In this document: one piece after another, positions 49,209 to 58,565 of the stretch | Numbering within the stretch: the first letter of the stretch is position 1 | How the letters are laid out: every line of letters starts with the position of its first letter | NCBI GenBank assembly: GCA_963702405.1 | Contig: CAVPCM010000008.1 | Coordinates: 218,171-282,170 of the forward strand | Source: an uncultured Actinomycetota bacterium | GTDB taxonomy: Bacteria; Actinomycetota; UBA4738; HRBIN12 | Reading direction: 5' to 3' | DNA length: 64,000 nt | Notes under the pieces: model-generated | Told to the model about the DNA's origin: nothing | What the model saw: the letters and a program-made list of their open reading frames with translations, nothing else | Database searches by the model: none | Translations under genes and position numbers: made by a program

Positions 49209-50270
49209 ATGGCGTTTCGTCGTACCACGTCGCGTCGTTCCGTCCTCGCGGTCGCCGCGGTGCTCCTGCTGGGGGCCTGCGGCGGGTCCGACCCCGAGGC
49301 CGGGACTTCGGCGACGTCGACCCCGTCGGCGACGCCGACGTCCCCGCCTCGGCTCGAGGAGCTCGCTCGCGTGTCCGTCGGCGGCGAGCCGATCGGGATG
49401 GCCACGGGGTTCGACAGCGTGTGGGTGGTGAACTCGGAGTTCGACAGCGGAGGCGAGCCGAGCGTCTCTCGCATCGACCCGACCGAGAGCGCCGTGGTGG
49501 CGACCATCCCGGTGGGCTCGGTCCCGCTCGAAGTCGCCGTCGCGTTCGACTCCGTCTGGGTGTCAAACTCCGAGGACGACACGGTCTCCCGGATCGACCC
49601 CGCGACGAACGAGATCACGGCCACGATCGACGTGTGCGAGGCCCCGGAGGGGATGGCGGCCGATGACGTCGGGCTGTGGGTGGTCTGCGAGGAGAGCAAC
49701 GCCGTCGTCCGCATCGACGAGGGATCGAACTCGGTGGGTCGCCCGATCGAGGTCGGTCTGGAGCCTCGGTTCGTCGCGGTCGCATTCGGCAGCGTGTGGG
49801 TCTCGAACTACCTCGACTCCACGATCGTCCGGCTCGATCCCGACACCGGCGACGTCGTGGCGGAGATCGAGACGGAGTTCGGGCCGCAGGTGATGGCCGA
49901 AGCCGGCGACGGGTTGTGGGTTTCCTCTGTCGATAGCGACGCCGTCCAACGCATCGATCCGGCGACGAACGAGCCGGATCCGCCCATCGCGACCGAGGCG
50001 CTCCCCGACGGCCTGCTCCAGCACGGAGGATCCCTCTGGGTGGCGACCGACCTCGGGCCCATCCTCCAGCGTGTGGATCCGGCGTCGGCGGAGATCACCG
50101 GCACCTGGGTGGTCTCCGACCAGGGGGCGATCAACGCGAACCAGCTGGTGGTCGAGGCGGAGGGAGCGTTCTGGTTCCCGCTGCTCGATGCCGGAGAGGT
50201 CATCGCGGTCGAGATCCCCGTCCTGATCGCACGGGGTCGGTCGGTTCGGACGATCCGTTCCCTATCCTGA
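49209..50270 (+). CDS. Lipoprotein with repeated beta-propeller-like units
   Basis: Lipobox LLLGAC-GG. At least six repeats of the pattern [VW]V.N......V.RIDP.TNE/[DG]..V...I.VG..P. This resembles YVTN/Vgb-type propeller blades. Confidence 0.7.
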   Translation: MAFRRTTSRRSVLAVAAVLLLGACGGSDPEAGTSATSTPSATPTSPPRLEELARVSVGGEPIGMATGFDSVWVVNSEFDSGGEPSVSRIDPTESAVVATIPVGSVPLEVAVAFDSVWVSNSEDDTVSRIDPATNEITATIDVCEAPEGMAADDVGLWVVCEESNAVVRIDEGSNSVGRPIEVGLEPRFVAVAFGSVWVSNYLDSTIVRLDPDTGDVVAEIETEFGPQVMAEAGDGLWVSSVDSDAVQRIDPATNEPDPPIATEALPDGLLQHGGSLWVATDLGPILQRVDPASAEITGTWVVSDQGAINANQLVVEAEGAFWFPLLDAGEVIAVEIPVLIARGRSVRTIRSLS

Positions 50271-50274
50271 CCCG

Positions 50275-51177
50275 ATGCCCCACGGTCTCGAGCTGATCGA
50301 TCTGCGCCGCCGGTTCGGTGACGTCGTGGCGCTCGACGGCGTGAGCTTCGACGTCGCGGAAGGCTCCGTCGTGGGGTTCGTCGGTCCGAACGGCGCCGGC
50401 AAGACCACGGCGATGCGGATCGTGCTCGGGGTGCTGGGTGCCGACGGCGGCGAGGTCCGGTGGCGAGGGAAGCCGGTGGACGGGGTTGCTCGGCGTCGGT
50501 TCGGCTACATCCCCGAGGAGCGTGGGCTCTACCCGAAGATGCCCGTCCTCGACGAGCTCGTCTACCTGGCGCGCCTCCACGGTGTGAGCCGGGCCGCCGC
50601 GCGGATCCGCGGCGTGGAGATCCTCGAGACGCTCGGGGTGGCCGATCGCGCGAAGGACCGGGTCGAGAGCTTGTCGCTCGGGAACCAGCAGCGGGTGCAG
50701 CTCGCCGCCGCCCTCGTGTACGAGCCCGACCTCCTCGTGCTCGACGAGCCGTTCTCGGGCCTCGACCCGGTCGGCACCGACGTCTTGATCGAGGTGCTGG
50801 ATCGCGAACGGACGTCGCGGGGCGTGCCGATCGTGTTCTCCAGCCATCAGTTGGAGCTCGTGGAGCGCGTGTGCGACCGCGTCGTGATGATCGTCGACGG
50901 ACGGATCGTCGCCGATGGCGCGATCGACGAGCTGCGCGCGTCGCGCGCGAGACGGCTGGTGCGCGTCGAGGTGTCGGGGGCCCCGGCCGGCTGGCACGAG
51001 TCGATCCCCGGCGTGCGGCTCGACGGGGAGGTCTCCGGCGGGATCATCGTGGAGCTCGAGGACGACGCGGACGATCAGCGCGTCCTCGATCTCGCCCGGT
51101 CGGTCGGCGAGGTCCGGCACTTCAGCCGGGTGCGCCCCACGCTGTCCGAGCTGTTCAGGGAGGTGACCGCGACGTGA
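50275..51177 (+). CDS. ABC transporter ATP-binding protein (ABC-2/NatA-like)
   Basis: Walker A GPNGAGKTT, signature LSLGNQQRVQLAAAL and Walker B LVLDEPFSGLD. Confidence 0.9.
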   Translation: MPHGLELIDLRRRFGDVVALDGVSFDVAEGSVVGFVGPNGAGKTTAMRIVLGVLGADGGEVRWRGKPVDGVARRRFGYIPEERGLYPKMPVLDELVYLARLHGVSRAAARIRGVEILETLGVADRAKDRVESLSLGNQQRVQLAAALVYEPDLLVLDEPFSGLDPVGTDVLIEVLDRERTSRGVPIVFSSHQLELVERVCDRVVMIVDGRIVADGAIDELRASRARRLVRVEVSGAPAGWHESIPGVRLDGEVSGGIIVELEDDADDQRVLDLARSVGEVRHFSRVRPTLSELFREVTAT

Positions 51178-52385
51178 GCGACGATCCCGCCGCGACGGAC
51201 CGCGGCATGTGGCGGATCGTCGCGGCACGGGACTTCTCCGTGCGTCTGCGCGACAAAGGGTTCGTGATCTCGACTGCGATCACGGTCGCTGTGCTCTCGA
51301 TCTTCATCCTCCTGCGCGCGTTCGCGAGCGGTCCGGACTCGTTCGACCTCGCCGTGGTGGGCGACCGCACGGTGGCCGATCGTGCGGCCGCGATCGGCGA
51401 ACGAGCCGGGATCGAGGTGTCGGTGGTTCCGCTGCCCGACGAACGCGCCGCCGATCGCGCGCTCCGAGCCGGCGACGTCGACGCCGTGGTGATCGGCGAC
51501 GCGGCCGACATCCTCGCCGGCACCGCGACACTGCAGGTCTTCCGCTCCGCACCGAGCCTCCTCGACCAGGTGGTCCAGGCGGCGGCGATCGCGGAGCGGA
51601 TCGAAGATACGCTCGCGGATGCGGGAGTGTCCGATGCGACGATCGAGGCCCTGCAGGACCAGCACCCTGTCGATGCCGTGCCGATCCTCCCGCCGGATCC
51701 GGACCGTGACGCGAAGGCGGCGGTCGCTCTCGCGGCCGTGCTCATCCTCTACGGCCAGCTCTTCGGCTATGGGGTGTGGGTGGCTACCGGCGTGATCGAG
51801 GAGAAGTCCTCGCGTGTCGTCGAGGTGCTGCTCTCCACGATCCGTGCCCGTCAGCTGATGGCCGGCAAGATCGCGGGCATCGGGACGCTCGGCTTGCTCC
51901 AGTTGATCTTGATCTCCATCTTCGCGGTGACGCTCGCGACAGTGACCGGTGCGATCGACATCCCCGCCGACTCGCTGTCGGCCGCGGCGATCACGGTGGG
52001 ATGGTTCGTCCTCGGGTTCTCGTTCTACGCGGCGCTGTTCGCCACGGCCGGGGCGCTCGTCTCCCGGATGGAGGAGTTGCAGAACGTGATCGTGCCGATC
52101 AACCTCGTGGTGTTCGTCTCGTTCCTCATCTCGATCGGCGCCGTCGACGATCCGGACTCAGGGATCGCCAAGATCGCTTCGCTCCTGCCGATCTCGTCAG
52201 CGCTGGCGATGCCGGTCCGCATGGTGCTGGGGTCGGCCACCCCGTGGGAGATCGTGGCATCGCTCCTGATCGTGCTCGGATCCACCGCGCTGCTGATCCC
52301 GCTCGCCGGCCGCGTCTACGCGGGCGCGATCCTCCGCACCGGAGCGAAGGTGAGGATCCGCGACGCATGGCGGGCGGCCGCCTAG
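51174..52385 (+). CDS. ABC-2 family transporter permease (NatB-like)
   Basis: GTGA overlap with the ATPase gene. An N-terminal TM, a roughly 130-aa loop, then five C-terminal TMs. An alternative ATG lies at 51207. Confidence 0.8.
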   Translation: MSDDPAATDRGMWRIVAARDFSVRLRDKGFVISTAITVAVLSIFILLRAFASGPDSFDLAVVGDRTVADRAAAIGERAGIEVSVVPLPDERAADRALRAGDVDAVVIGDAADILAGTATLQVFRSAPSLLDQVVQAAAIAERIEDTLADAGVSDATIEALQDQHPVDAVPILPPDPDRDAKAAVALAAVLILYGQLFGYGVWVATGVIEEKSSRVVEVLLSTIRARQLMAGKIAGIGTLGLLQLILISIFAVTLATVTGAIDIPADSLSAAAITVGWFVLGFSFYAALFATAGALVSRMEELQNVIVPINLVVFVSFLISIGAVDDPDSGIAKIASLLPISSALAMPVRMVLGSATPWEIVASLLIVLGSTALLIPLAGRVYAGAILRTGAKVRIRDAWRAAA

Positions 52386-53261
52386 GTGCCCGCAGCCTGG
52401 ACGCGCGCGAACCTCCGCCACGTGCTCGCGATGCTCCGGTACGGCGCGAACCCCACGGCGACCGTCTACGACTCGATCGGACCCGACTTCTTCCTTGCCC
52501 TCGCGCCCGGCTGGCTCAACCTCGGCCTGTGGGAGGGCGACGGCGATGATCCCTCGGAGGCCCCGGTCGCCGTGCGGCGGCTCGTCGAACGGATCGCCGC
52601 GGCGCTGCCCACGAGTGGCGACGTGCTCGACGTGGGCAACGGGCTGGCGGCCCAGGACCCCGTGATCGCGGCGACGGTGCACCCGCGCTCGCTGACGGCT
52701 GTGAACATCACGTGGTCCCAGCTGGAGGCGGGGCGCGACCGCTTGCGTGAAGCGGGCGCTCGTGGAGTCTGCGCGGACGCCTGCGATCTGCCGTTCGCCG
52801 ACGGCTCCTTCGACGGCGTGATCAGCGTGGAGGCGGCCTTCCACTTCCCGTCGCGCGAGCGGTTCTTCCGCGAGGCGTTCCGCGTGCTGCGTCCCGGTGG
52901 CGTCCTGACGATGTCGGATCTCCCCACCGTGCGCCGGCCGCAGGGTCCCCGGGAGGCGCTCGCCGCCGTGGCGATGCTGCGGGGCTGGGGGCTCCGATCC
53001 GATGCGGCCGCCTCGACCGGAGCGATCGTCGCGACGGCCGCCGGTGCGGGGTTCATCGACATCCGGTCGGAGCTCGTCGGGGACCGCGTGGTGGCGCCGG
53101 CGTTGCGCTTCGTGCGTGACCGCCTGGACGCGGGCCGCGACGGGCCGAGGACCCTCGGGCTCGCGGCCCGCGCGATGCTGTCCCAGGCCGAGGTCCTGTG
53201 GGAGCGGGGCCTCCTCGACTACCTGCTGCTCGAGGCCCGGAAGCCCGCGAGGAAGCCCTAG
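52386..53261 (+). CDS. Class I SAM-dependent methyltransferase
   Basis: Motif I VLDVGNGLAAQ, post-I/II DLPFADGSFDGVISVEAAFHF and LRPGGVL. Confidence 0.8.
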   Translation: MPAAWTRANLRHVLAMLRYGANPTATVYDSIGPDFFLALAPGWLNLGLWEGDGDDPSEAPVAVRRLVERIAAALPTSGDVLDVGNGLAAQDPVIAATVHPRSLTAVNITWSQLEAGRDRLREAGARGVCADACDLPFADGSFDGVISVEAAFHFPSRERFFREAFRVLRPGGVLTMSDLPTVRRPQGPREALAAVAMLRGWGLRSDAAASTGAIVATAAGAGFIDIRSELVGDRVVAPALRFVRDRLDAGRDGPRTLGLAARAMLSQAEVLWERGLLDYLLLEARKPARKP

Positions 53262-54943
53262 CCGAGCTCCCGCCGGAGCGCCTGCAGAGGGAGCTGGCCG
53301 AGCGCGAGCAGTCGGTCGTGGAAGGCCTTCAGGTCGAAGGCGTCTCCCTCCTTGTCCTGGGTGCGGCGCCGAGCCTCCTCGATCTCCACCATGCCCACCA
53401 TGTACGCGAGTGCCTGTGCCGGCAGGGCGATGTAGCGATCCACCTCGATCTCCGACTCCCCGCGCGGGGAGCCACCGGCCACGAGCTTCTCGATCGCGTC
53501 CTGTCTCGACCAACCGAACGCGTGCAGACCGGTGTCGGTGATCAGCCGGGCGGCGCGGTGGGCCTGCGCCGCCAGCATCCCGAGCCGCTCCCAGTCATCG
53601 ACGTAGAGATCCATCTCGTCGGCGAGGCGCTCGCTGTAGAGCCCCCATCCTTCGGCGAACGACGCCCCCGCGAGCAGGCCGCCGAAACGGCGGAGCGCGG
53701 GGCGCTCGTCGAACTCCATCTCGAGGGCGATCTGGAAGTGATGCCCCGGGTTGGCTTCGTGGTAGGTGACGGAGGCGATCTGGTGGAGCGCCTTGCCGGC
53801 CAGGTCGTGGGTGTTGATGTAGTACGTGCCGGGCCGCTCGCCGTCGGCGGTGGGAGGCATGTAGAACGCGAGCGCCATGTCGGCCGCCCGATAGGCCTCG
53901 ATCTCCTTGACGCGGCAGTTCGCCTTCGGGAGCCTGCCGAACCACGTCGGCGCGATCTCCCAGCTGCGCTGGACCTGTCCCTCCACGAGCTCGATCAGCG
54001 CCTCCGCGGAATCGGGGGTGTCCTTCCCGGACGCCGTGCGATCCGCGATCGCCTCATCCGGGCTCGCGTACCCGAGCCGCGAGGCGATCTCGAAGCGCTC
54101 CGCCTGGATCGCTTCCCACCGCTCGTTCCCCAGGTCGTGGACCTCCTGCGGATCGAGGGGCAGGGTGGTCCACGATCGGATCTCCGACGCGTAGATCGCG
54201 TCTCCGTCGGGGAGGGCCGTCACGGCGTTGCGCTCGGCCGCGTTCGGGAGGTACTCCCGGAGCACGGCGAGATAGGTCGCGAACGCGGGAGCGACCACGT
54301 CGCCCCAGACGCCGGCGATCCGCTCCCGAGCGGCGGCGTCGTCCTCGGCGATCGCAGCGAGCGGCGGCGAGTCCTCGGCAGGGGACCCGACGATCCGCTC
54401 GATCTGCGCGACGGCCCGCTCGACGACGATGCGCGGCGACACCACGCCCGTGGCGACGCCCTCCCGCGCGATCTCCGCGCACGTCTCCAGGTACCCGGGC
54501 AGCGCCCGGAGCCGCTGCTCGTAGCGGTCGAGGTGCTCGGGGGTGTCGGTCCGCTGGATCGAAGCGATGTCCCCGAGGAGCACGCCCGGGCCGACGAAGT
54601 GGTTCACGACGTAGAGCCGGTCCGTCCGATGCTCCACCGCAGCGAGAGCCTGCGTGGCGATCGCTTCGAGCACGTCCATCGTCGTCCGGAGGGTGACGTC
54701 GAGCGATCCCCGGTCGATCGTGTCGAGCTCGTCGAGGGCGGCGCGGTTGTGGGTCTCCGACGCGGCACGACCCTGCTCGCCGATGTCCGGGAGCCGGTCG
54801 TCGTAGCGCTCGTCGCCGATCGCCGTCGCGAACGTCGGCTCCCGCTCGAGCAGCTCTTCCCAGACCCGGTCGGCGAGTGCGTGGGCGCGGTCGGTGTCGT
54901 TCACGTCGTCCTCAGCCTCTCGGTCGGGATCACAGGAGGCCAA
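53258..54943 (-). CDS. DUF885 domain protein
   Basis: YHEANPGHHFQIALEME...AEGWGLYSERLADEM...LITDTGLHAFGWSRQDAI is characteristic of DUF885. Confidence 0.8.
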   Translation of the reverse strand: MASCDPDREAEDDVNDTDRAHALADRVWEELLEREPTFATAIGDERYDDRLPDIGEQGRAASETHNRAALDELDTIDRGSLDVTLRTTMDVLEAIATQALAAVEHRTDRLYVVNHFVGPGVLLGDIASIQRTDTPEHLDRYEQRLRALPGYLETCAEIAREGVATGVVSPRIVVERAVAQIERIVGSPAEDSPPLAAIAEDDAAARERIAGVWGDVVAPAFATYLAVLREYLPNAAERNAVTALPDGDAIYASEIRSWTTLPLDPQEVHDLGNERWEAIQAERFEIASRLGYASPDEAIADRTASGKDTPDSAEALIELVEGQVQRSWEIAPTWFGRLPKANCRVKEIEAYRAADMALAFYMPPTADGERPGTYYINTHDLAGKALHQIASVTYHEANPGHHFQIALEMEFDERPALRRFGGLLAGASFAEGWGLYSERLADEMDLYVDDWERLGMLAAQAHRAARLITDTGLHAFGWSRQDAIEKLVAGGSPRGESEIEVDRYIALPAQALAYMVGMVEIEEARRRTQDKEGDAFDLKAFHDRLLALGQLPLQALRRELG

Positions 54944-55643
54944 GCGTACTCGCGCCGTCGACCTGCAGAGCCGCGCCGGAGATGAATCCGGCCGGCTCCG
55001 AGCAGAGGAACGCGACGACGCGCCCGAAGTCGGCCGGCTCCCCGAGCCGCCCCGTCAGGCCGGCGTCCACCACCCGTTGCGTCCGGTGGAGGCCCGGGCA
55101 GGCGAGGTTCAGCGTGATGCCGTCCGCGACGAGCTCCTGCGCGGCCGTCTTCGCCCACCCCCAGAGCCCGGCGCGGGCGGTGTTCGATGTCGCCAGGTCG
55201 GGGATGGGCTGCTTCACCGCGTTGGACGTGATGAGGCAGATGCGACCCCAGCCCGCCGAGCGCAGGTGCGGGAGTGCTGCACGCACGAGACGGATCGACG
55301 TGAGGAGGTTCGCCTCGAGCGCGGCCCCGAGCGTGGCGTCGTCGAGGTCGACGGCCCGCCCCTTCGGTGGGCCACCGGCGTTGGCGACGAGGACGTGGAG
55401 CCCGCCGAACCGTTCGACGGTGGCCTCGACGAGTCGGGCCGGCGCGTCGGGATCCGTCACGTCGTCCGGGAGCGCGAGGACGTCGGAGCCGAGCTCCGCC
55501 GCCGTCGCGCGGATCCGCTCCGGGTCACGGGAGTTGATCGCGACCATCGCACCCTCCGCCGCGAGGGCAGCCGCCGACGCCCGGCCGAGGCCCTTCGAGG
55601 CCGCGGTGACCAGCGCGACCTTCCCTTCGAGCCCGAGATCCAT
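54930..55643 (-). CDS. SDR family oxidoreductase
   Basis: Start at MDLGLEGKVALVTAASKGLG (TGxxxGxG-type), NAG motif LVANAGG. 237 aa. The upstream part of the ORF looks non-coding. Confidence 0.85.
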   Translation of the reverse strand: MDLGLEGKVALVTAASKGLGRASAAALAAEGAMVAINSRDPERIRATAAELGSDVLALPDDVTDPDAPARLVEATVERFGGLHVLVANAGGPPKGRAVDLDDATLGAALEANLLTSIRLVRAALPHLRSAGWGRICLITSNAVKQPIPDLATSNTARAGLWGWAKTAAQELVADGITLNLACPGLHRTQRVVDAGLTGRLGEPADFGRVVAFLCSEPAGFISGAALQVDGASTLGLL

Positions 55644-55974
55644 GGCGTCCGATGCTACGCTCCGCGCGGTGTCATCGGGATCCCCCGGCCCGACGTTCGT
55701 CCTCCTCCTCGTGCTCTCGTTGGCGACGGGGGCCTGCACGCCGCGGTTGCTCGACGCCGACCAGCTCGAGCGCCGGCTGTCGCGGGAGATCTCGGAGAGG
55801 CTCGACGTCGCGAACGTCGCGGTCGAGTGCCCCGACGACGCCGAGGCGAAACAGGGGGCGACGCTGGGATGCGTCGCCCGAGCGCCGGGGGAGACGCAGG
55901 GGCTTCGGATCCAGGTGACGCAGCTCGACGGGGACGGCAACGTGGTCTGGGAGATCGCGGGCCCCGCCGAGTAA
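55642..55974 (+). CDS. DUF4333-like small lipoprotein
   Basis: Lipobox LSLATGAC-T. The mature part LDADQLERRLSREISERLDV..VAVECPDDAEAKQGATLGCVA...GDGNVVWEI resembles DUF4333. The start (ATG 55642 or a downstream GTG) is uncertain. Confidence 0.6.
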   Translation: MASDATLRAVSSGSPGPTFVLLLVLSLATGACTPRLLDADQLERRLSREISERLDVANVAVECPDDAEAKQGATLGCVARAPGETQGLRIQVTQLDGDGNVVWEIAGPAE

Positions 55975-55983
55975 GGTTGCCCG

Positions 55984-56780
55984 ATGCTGCTCGAGGGCAA
56001 GAAGCTCCTCATCACCGGAGTGCTGACGCCCCGATCGATCGCGTTCTCGGCGGCGCAGGTCGCGCAGGAGCAAGGCGCCGAGATCGTCCTCACGAACTTC
56101 GGACGAACGGTGAGCCTCACCGAGAAGACCGCGAAGCGCCTCCCTGACCCCCCCGACGTCCTCGAGATGGACGTGAACGAGCCGGAGCAGATCGACGCCG
56201 TGCGCGAGGAGCTCGGCCGGCGCTGGGGACGGCTCGACGGGTTCCTGCACGCGATCGCGTTCGCGCCACAGGACGCCCTCGGCGGCAACTTCCTCCACAC
56301 GCCATGGGAGAGCGTCGCGACCGCGTTCAGGACGAGCGCGTTCTCGCTCAGCTCCATGGCGGCCGGCATGCTGCCGCTGATGGAGTCCCACGGTGGCGGG
56401 ATCGTGTCGCTCGACTTCGACGCACGGGTCGCCTGGCCCGTCTACGACTGGATGGGCGTGGCGAAGGCAGGGCTCGAGTCGGTGACGCGCTACCTGGCGC
56501 GGGACCTCGGTCCGAAGGGGATCAGGGTCAACACCGTGTCGGCGGGACCGATGAAGACGATGGCCGGCAAGGGCATCCCCGGCTTCGACCAGATCGCCGG
56601 GAGCTGGGCGGATCGGGCGCCGCTCGGCTGGGACACATCGGATGGTCGTCCGGTCGCCGGCGCGATCGCGTTCCTCCTGTCGGATCTCGCCGCCGGCATC
56701 ACGGGCGAACTGCTGCACGTCGACGGCGGGTTCCACGCGATGGGGACGGATCCCGCCCCCCACCCGGGACCCCCGACTGA
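55984..56780 (+). CDS. fabI: Enoyl-ACP reductase, InhA/FabI type. No in-frame stop at the expected end, so the 3' end is set at an out-of-frame TGA
   Basis: Strong similarity to InhA throughout: GKKLLITGVLTPRSIAFSAAQVAQEQGAEIVLT, DWMGVAKAGLESVTRYLARDLG, VNTVSAGPMKT and LHVDGGFHAMG. In frame the ORF then runs on as Arg-rich nonsense to 58770. A TGA at 56778 comes into frame if one C is added to the C6 (56748-56753) or C5 run just upstream. Confidence 0.8.
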
Positions 56781-56793
56781 CGCTCGCCGCCGG

Positions 56794-57402
56794 CTACGCC
56801 GCCTCGAGCGCCTCGACGAACTCGCGCACGTCCTCCAGCCCGAGCGTGGGGTTCCCGGTGTGGGTGGTCACGACGACGCCCACGAGCTCGCCCTGGAACA
56901 CACAGAGCACGCCCTGCCGGCTGGGTCCGCCCGGGATCAGGAAACCCGGGCCGCCGCCGCTCATGCACGCGAACGAGTAGCCGCCCGATCCGGCGGACCG
57001 CAACGACCCCTGGTCGACCTCGCCGCCCGAGGCTTCCGCACCGCCGGCTGCCCCCTGCACGATCGCCTCGGCATCGAGCCCTGCGGGGTAGTTCTCGTAG
57101 AGGGCGGCGAACAGCTGCGGCTCGTCGCCGCTCCCGTAGACCGCACCGCGGATCTCGACGTCCCCGATCTTGATGTCCTCGATCGCGCGCTCCGCTCGTT
57201 CCGCGTCCTCGTTGTGCAGTCGTTCGTACCCGAGCACCGAGTCGGGGAAGCCGTCGGATCCGCCCCGCATGAGGAAGATGACGAGAGCGACGGCGAGCAG
57301 GAGGATCGCGACGACGAGGACCGGCCCTCGTCCGGAGCGGGGCCGGCTCGGGACCGGACCTCCCGGGGGCATCGACCGGTCGGGCCTCGGCGGCGGTTCC
57401 AT
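56794..57402 (-). CDS. Single-pass membrane-anchored protein of unknown function
   Basis: Start taken at MEPPPRPDRS. TM is VLVVAILLLAVALVIFLM, followed by a roughly 150-aa extracytoplasmic domain. Convergent with fabI and divergent from selD. Confidence 0.5.
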   Translation of the reverse strand: MEPPPRPDRSMPPGGPVPSRPRSGRGPVLVVAILLLAVALVIFLMRGGSDGFPDSVLGYERLHNEDAERAERAIEDIKIGDVEIRGAVYGSGDEPQLFAALYENYPAGLDAEAIVQGAAGGAEASGGEVDQGSLRSAGSGGYSFACMSGGGPGFLIPGGPSRQGVLCVFQGELVGVVVTTHTGNPTLGLEDVREFVEALEAA

Positions 57403-57466
57403 CACCGGAGGGTGGACCGCGGCCGTTCGGGATGCAACCACTTCGTATGCTTCGGTCGTGCGGGAG

Positions 57467-58519
57467 ATGACCACCGGGCGGCGGTTGACCAGCTTCAGCC
57501 ACGGCGCCGGTTGCGGGTGCAAGCTCGGCCCCGACGATCTGCGGACCGTCCTCGGCGGCGTGACGTTGCCGCACGCGTCCGCGGACCTCCTGGTGGCCTC
57601 GGACACCGGGGACGACGCCGCCGTCTATCGCCTCCCGTCGGGGGAGGGGTTGATCGCGACCCTCGACTTCTTCACCCCGATCGTCGACGACCCGTACGAC
57701 TGGGGGCGTATCGCCGCGACGAACGCGCTGTCGGACGTCTACGCGATGGGAGGCCGTCCGCTCCTCGCGCTGAACATCGTGAACTGGCCCGTGGACGACC
57801 TCCCGCTCGAGATGCTCGCGCGGGTCCTGCAGGGCGGCGTGGACGTCGCGGCAGGAGAAGGGGTGGCCGTCGCCGGCGGCCACTCGATCACCGATCCCGA
57901 GCCGAAGTACGGCATGGTCGCGATCGGGCTCGTGCCGTCCGACGAGGTCGTGCGGAACTCGACCGCGCCCGCGGGGGCGGCCCTGTACCTCACGAAACCG
58001 CTCGGCCTCGGGATCGTCTCCACCGCGATCAAGCGGGGGATCGCCGACGACGATCTGGTCGACGCCGCGGTCGATCTGATGACGACGACGAACCGCGCCG
58101 CCGGCGAGGCGATGCGATACGCCGACGCAGAAGCGGCGACCGACGTCACCGGGTTCGGCCTCCTCGGCCACCTCCACCGGATGCTCCTCGCGTCCGGAAC
58201 CGCGGCCGAGCTCGAGGCCGGCGCGATCCCCGTGCTCGACCCGCGGATCCTCGACCTCGCGCGGAGCGACGTCGTCCCCGGCGGAACGAAGCGGAACCTC
58301 GCGTCCGTCCGGCCGCACACGGACTTCGCCGACCTCCCCGAACCGGAGCGCCTGATCCTCGCCGACGCCCAGACCTCCGGCGGGCTGCTGATCGCCGCGA
58401 AGCATCGGCCGTCGATGGAGGCGGCGTTCCGCGAGCACGACGTCGCGTTCGCGAGGATCGGCGAGGTGGTCGCGGGCGAGCCGGGCCGGATCTCCGTCGC
58501 GGGCTCCCTCGGACCGTAG
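57467..58519 (+). CDS. selD: Selenide, water dikinase (selenophosphate synthetase), Cys-type
   Basis: N-terminal RLTSFSHGAGCGCKLGP (Cys, TGC, at the Sec/Cys position), then DDAAVY...FFTPIVDDPYDWGRIAATNALSDVYAMGG. GGGAG Shine-Dalgarno upstream of ATG 57467. Confidence 0.9.
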   Translation: MTTGRRLTSFSHGAGCGCKLGPDDLRTVLGGVTLPHASADLLVASDTGDDAAVYRLPSGEGLIATLDFFTPIVDDPYDWGRIAATNALSDVYAMGGRPLLALNIVNWPVDDLPLEMLARVLQGGVDVAAGEGVAVAGGHSITDPEPKYGMVAIGLVPSDEVVRNSTAPAGAALYLTKPLGLGIVSTAIKRGIADDDLVDAAVDLMTTTNRAAGEAMRYADAEAATDVTGFGLLGHLHRMLLASGTAAELEAGAIPVLDPRILDLARSDVVPGGTKRNLASVRPHTDFADLPEPERLILADAQTSGGLLIAAKHRPSMEAAFREHDVAFARIGEVVAGEPGRISVAGSLGP

Positions 58520-58565
58520 GGAACCCATCCGACGGATCGCCCGTTAGGGTGCCCGAGGAGGCGAC

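Noticed and set aside
57485-57510. Selenocysteine (in-frame UGA) in SelD
   Set aside because: The catalytic position in GAGCGCK is encoded by TGC (Cys), and there is no in-frame TGA.
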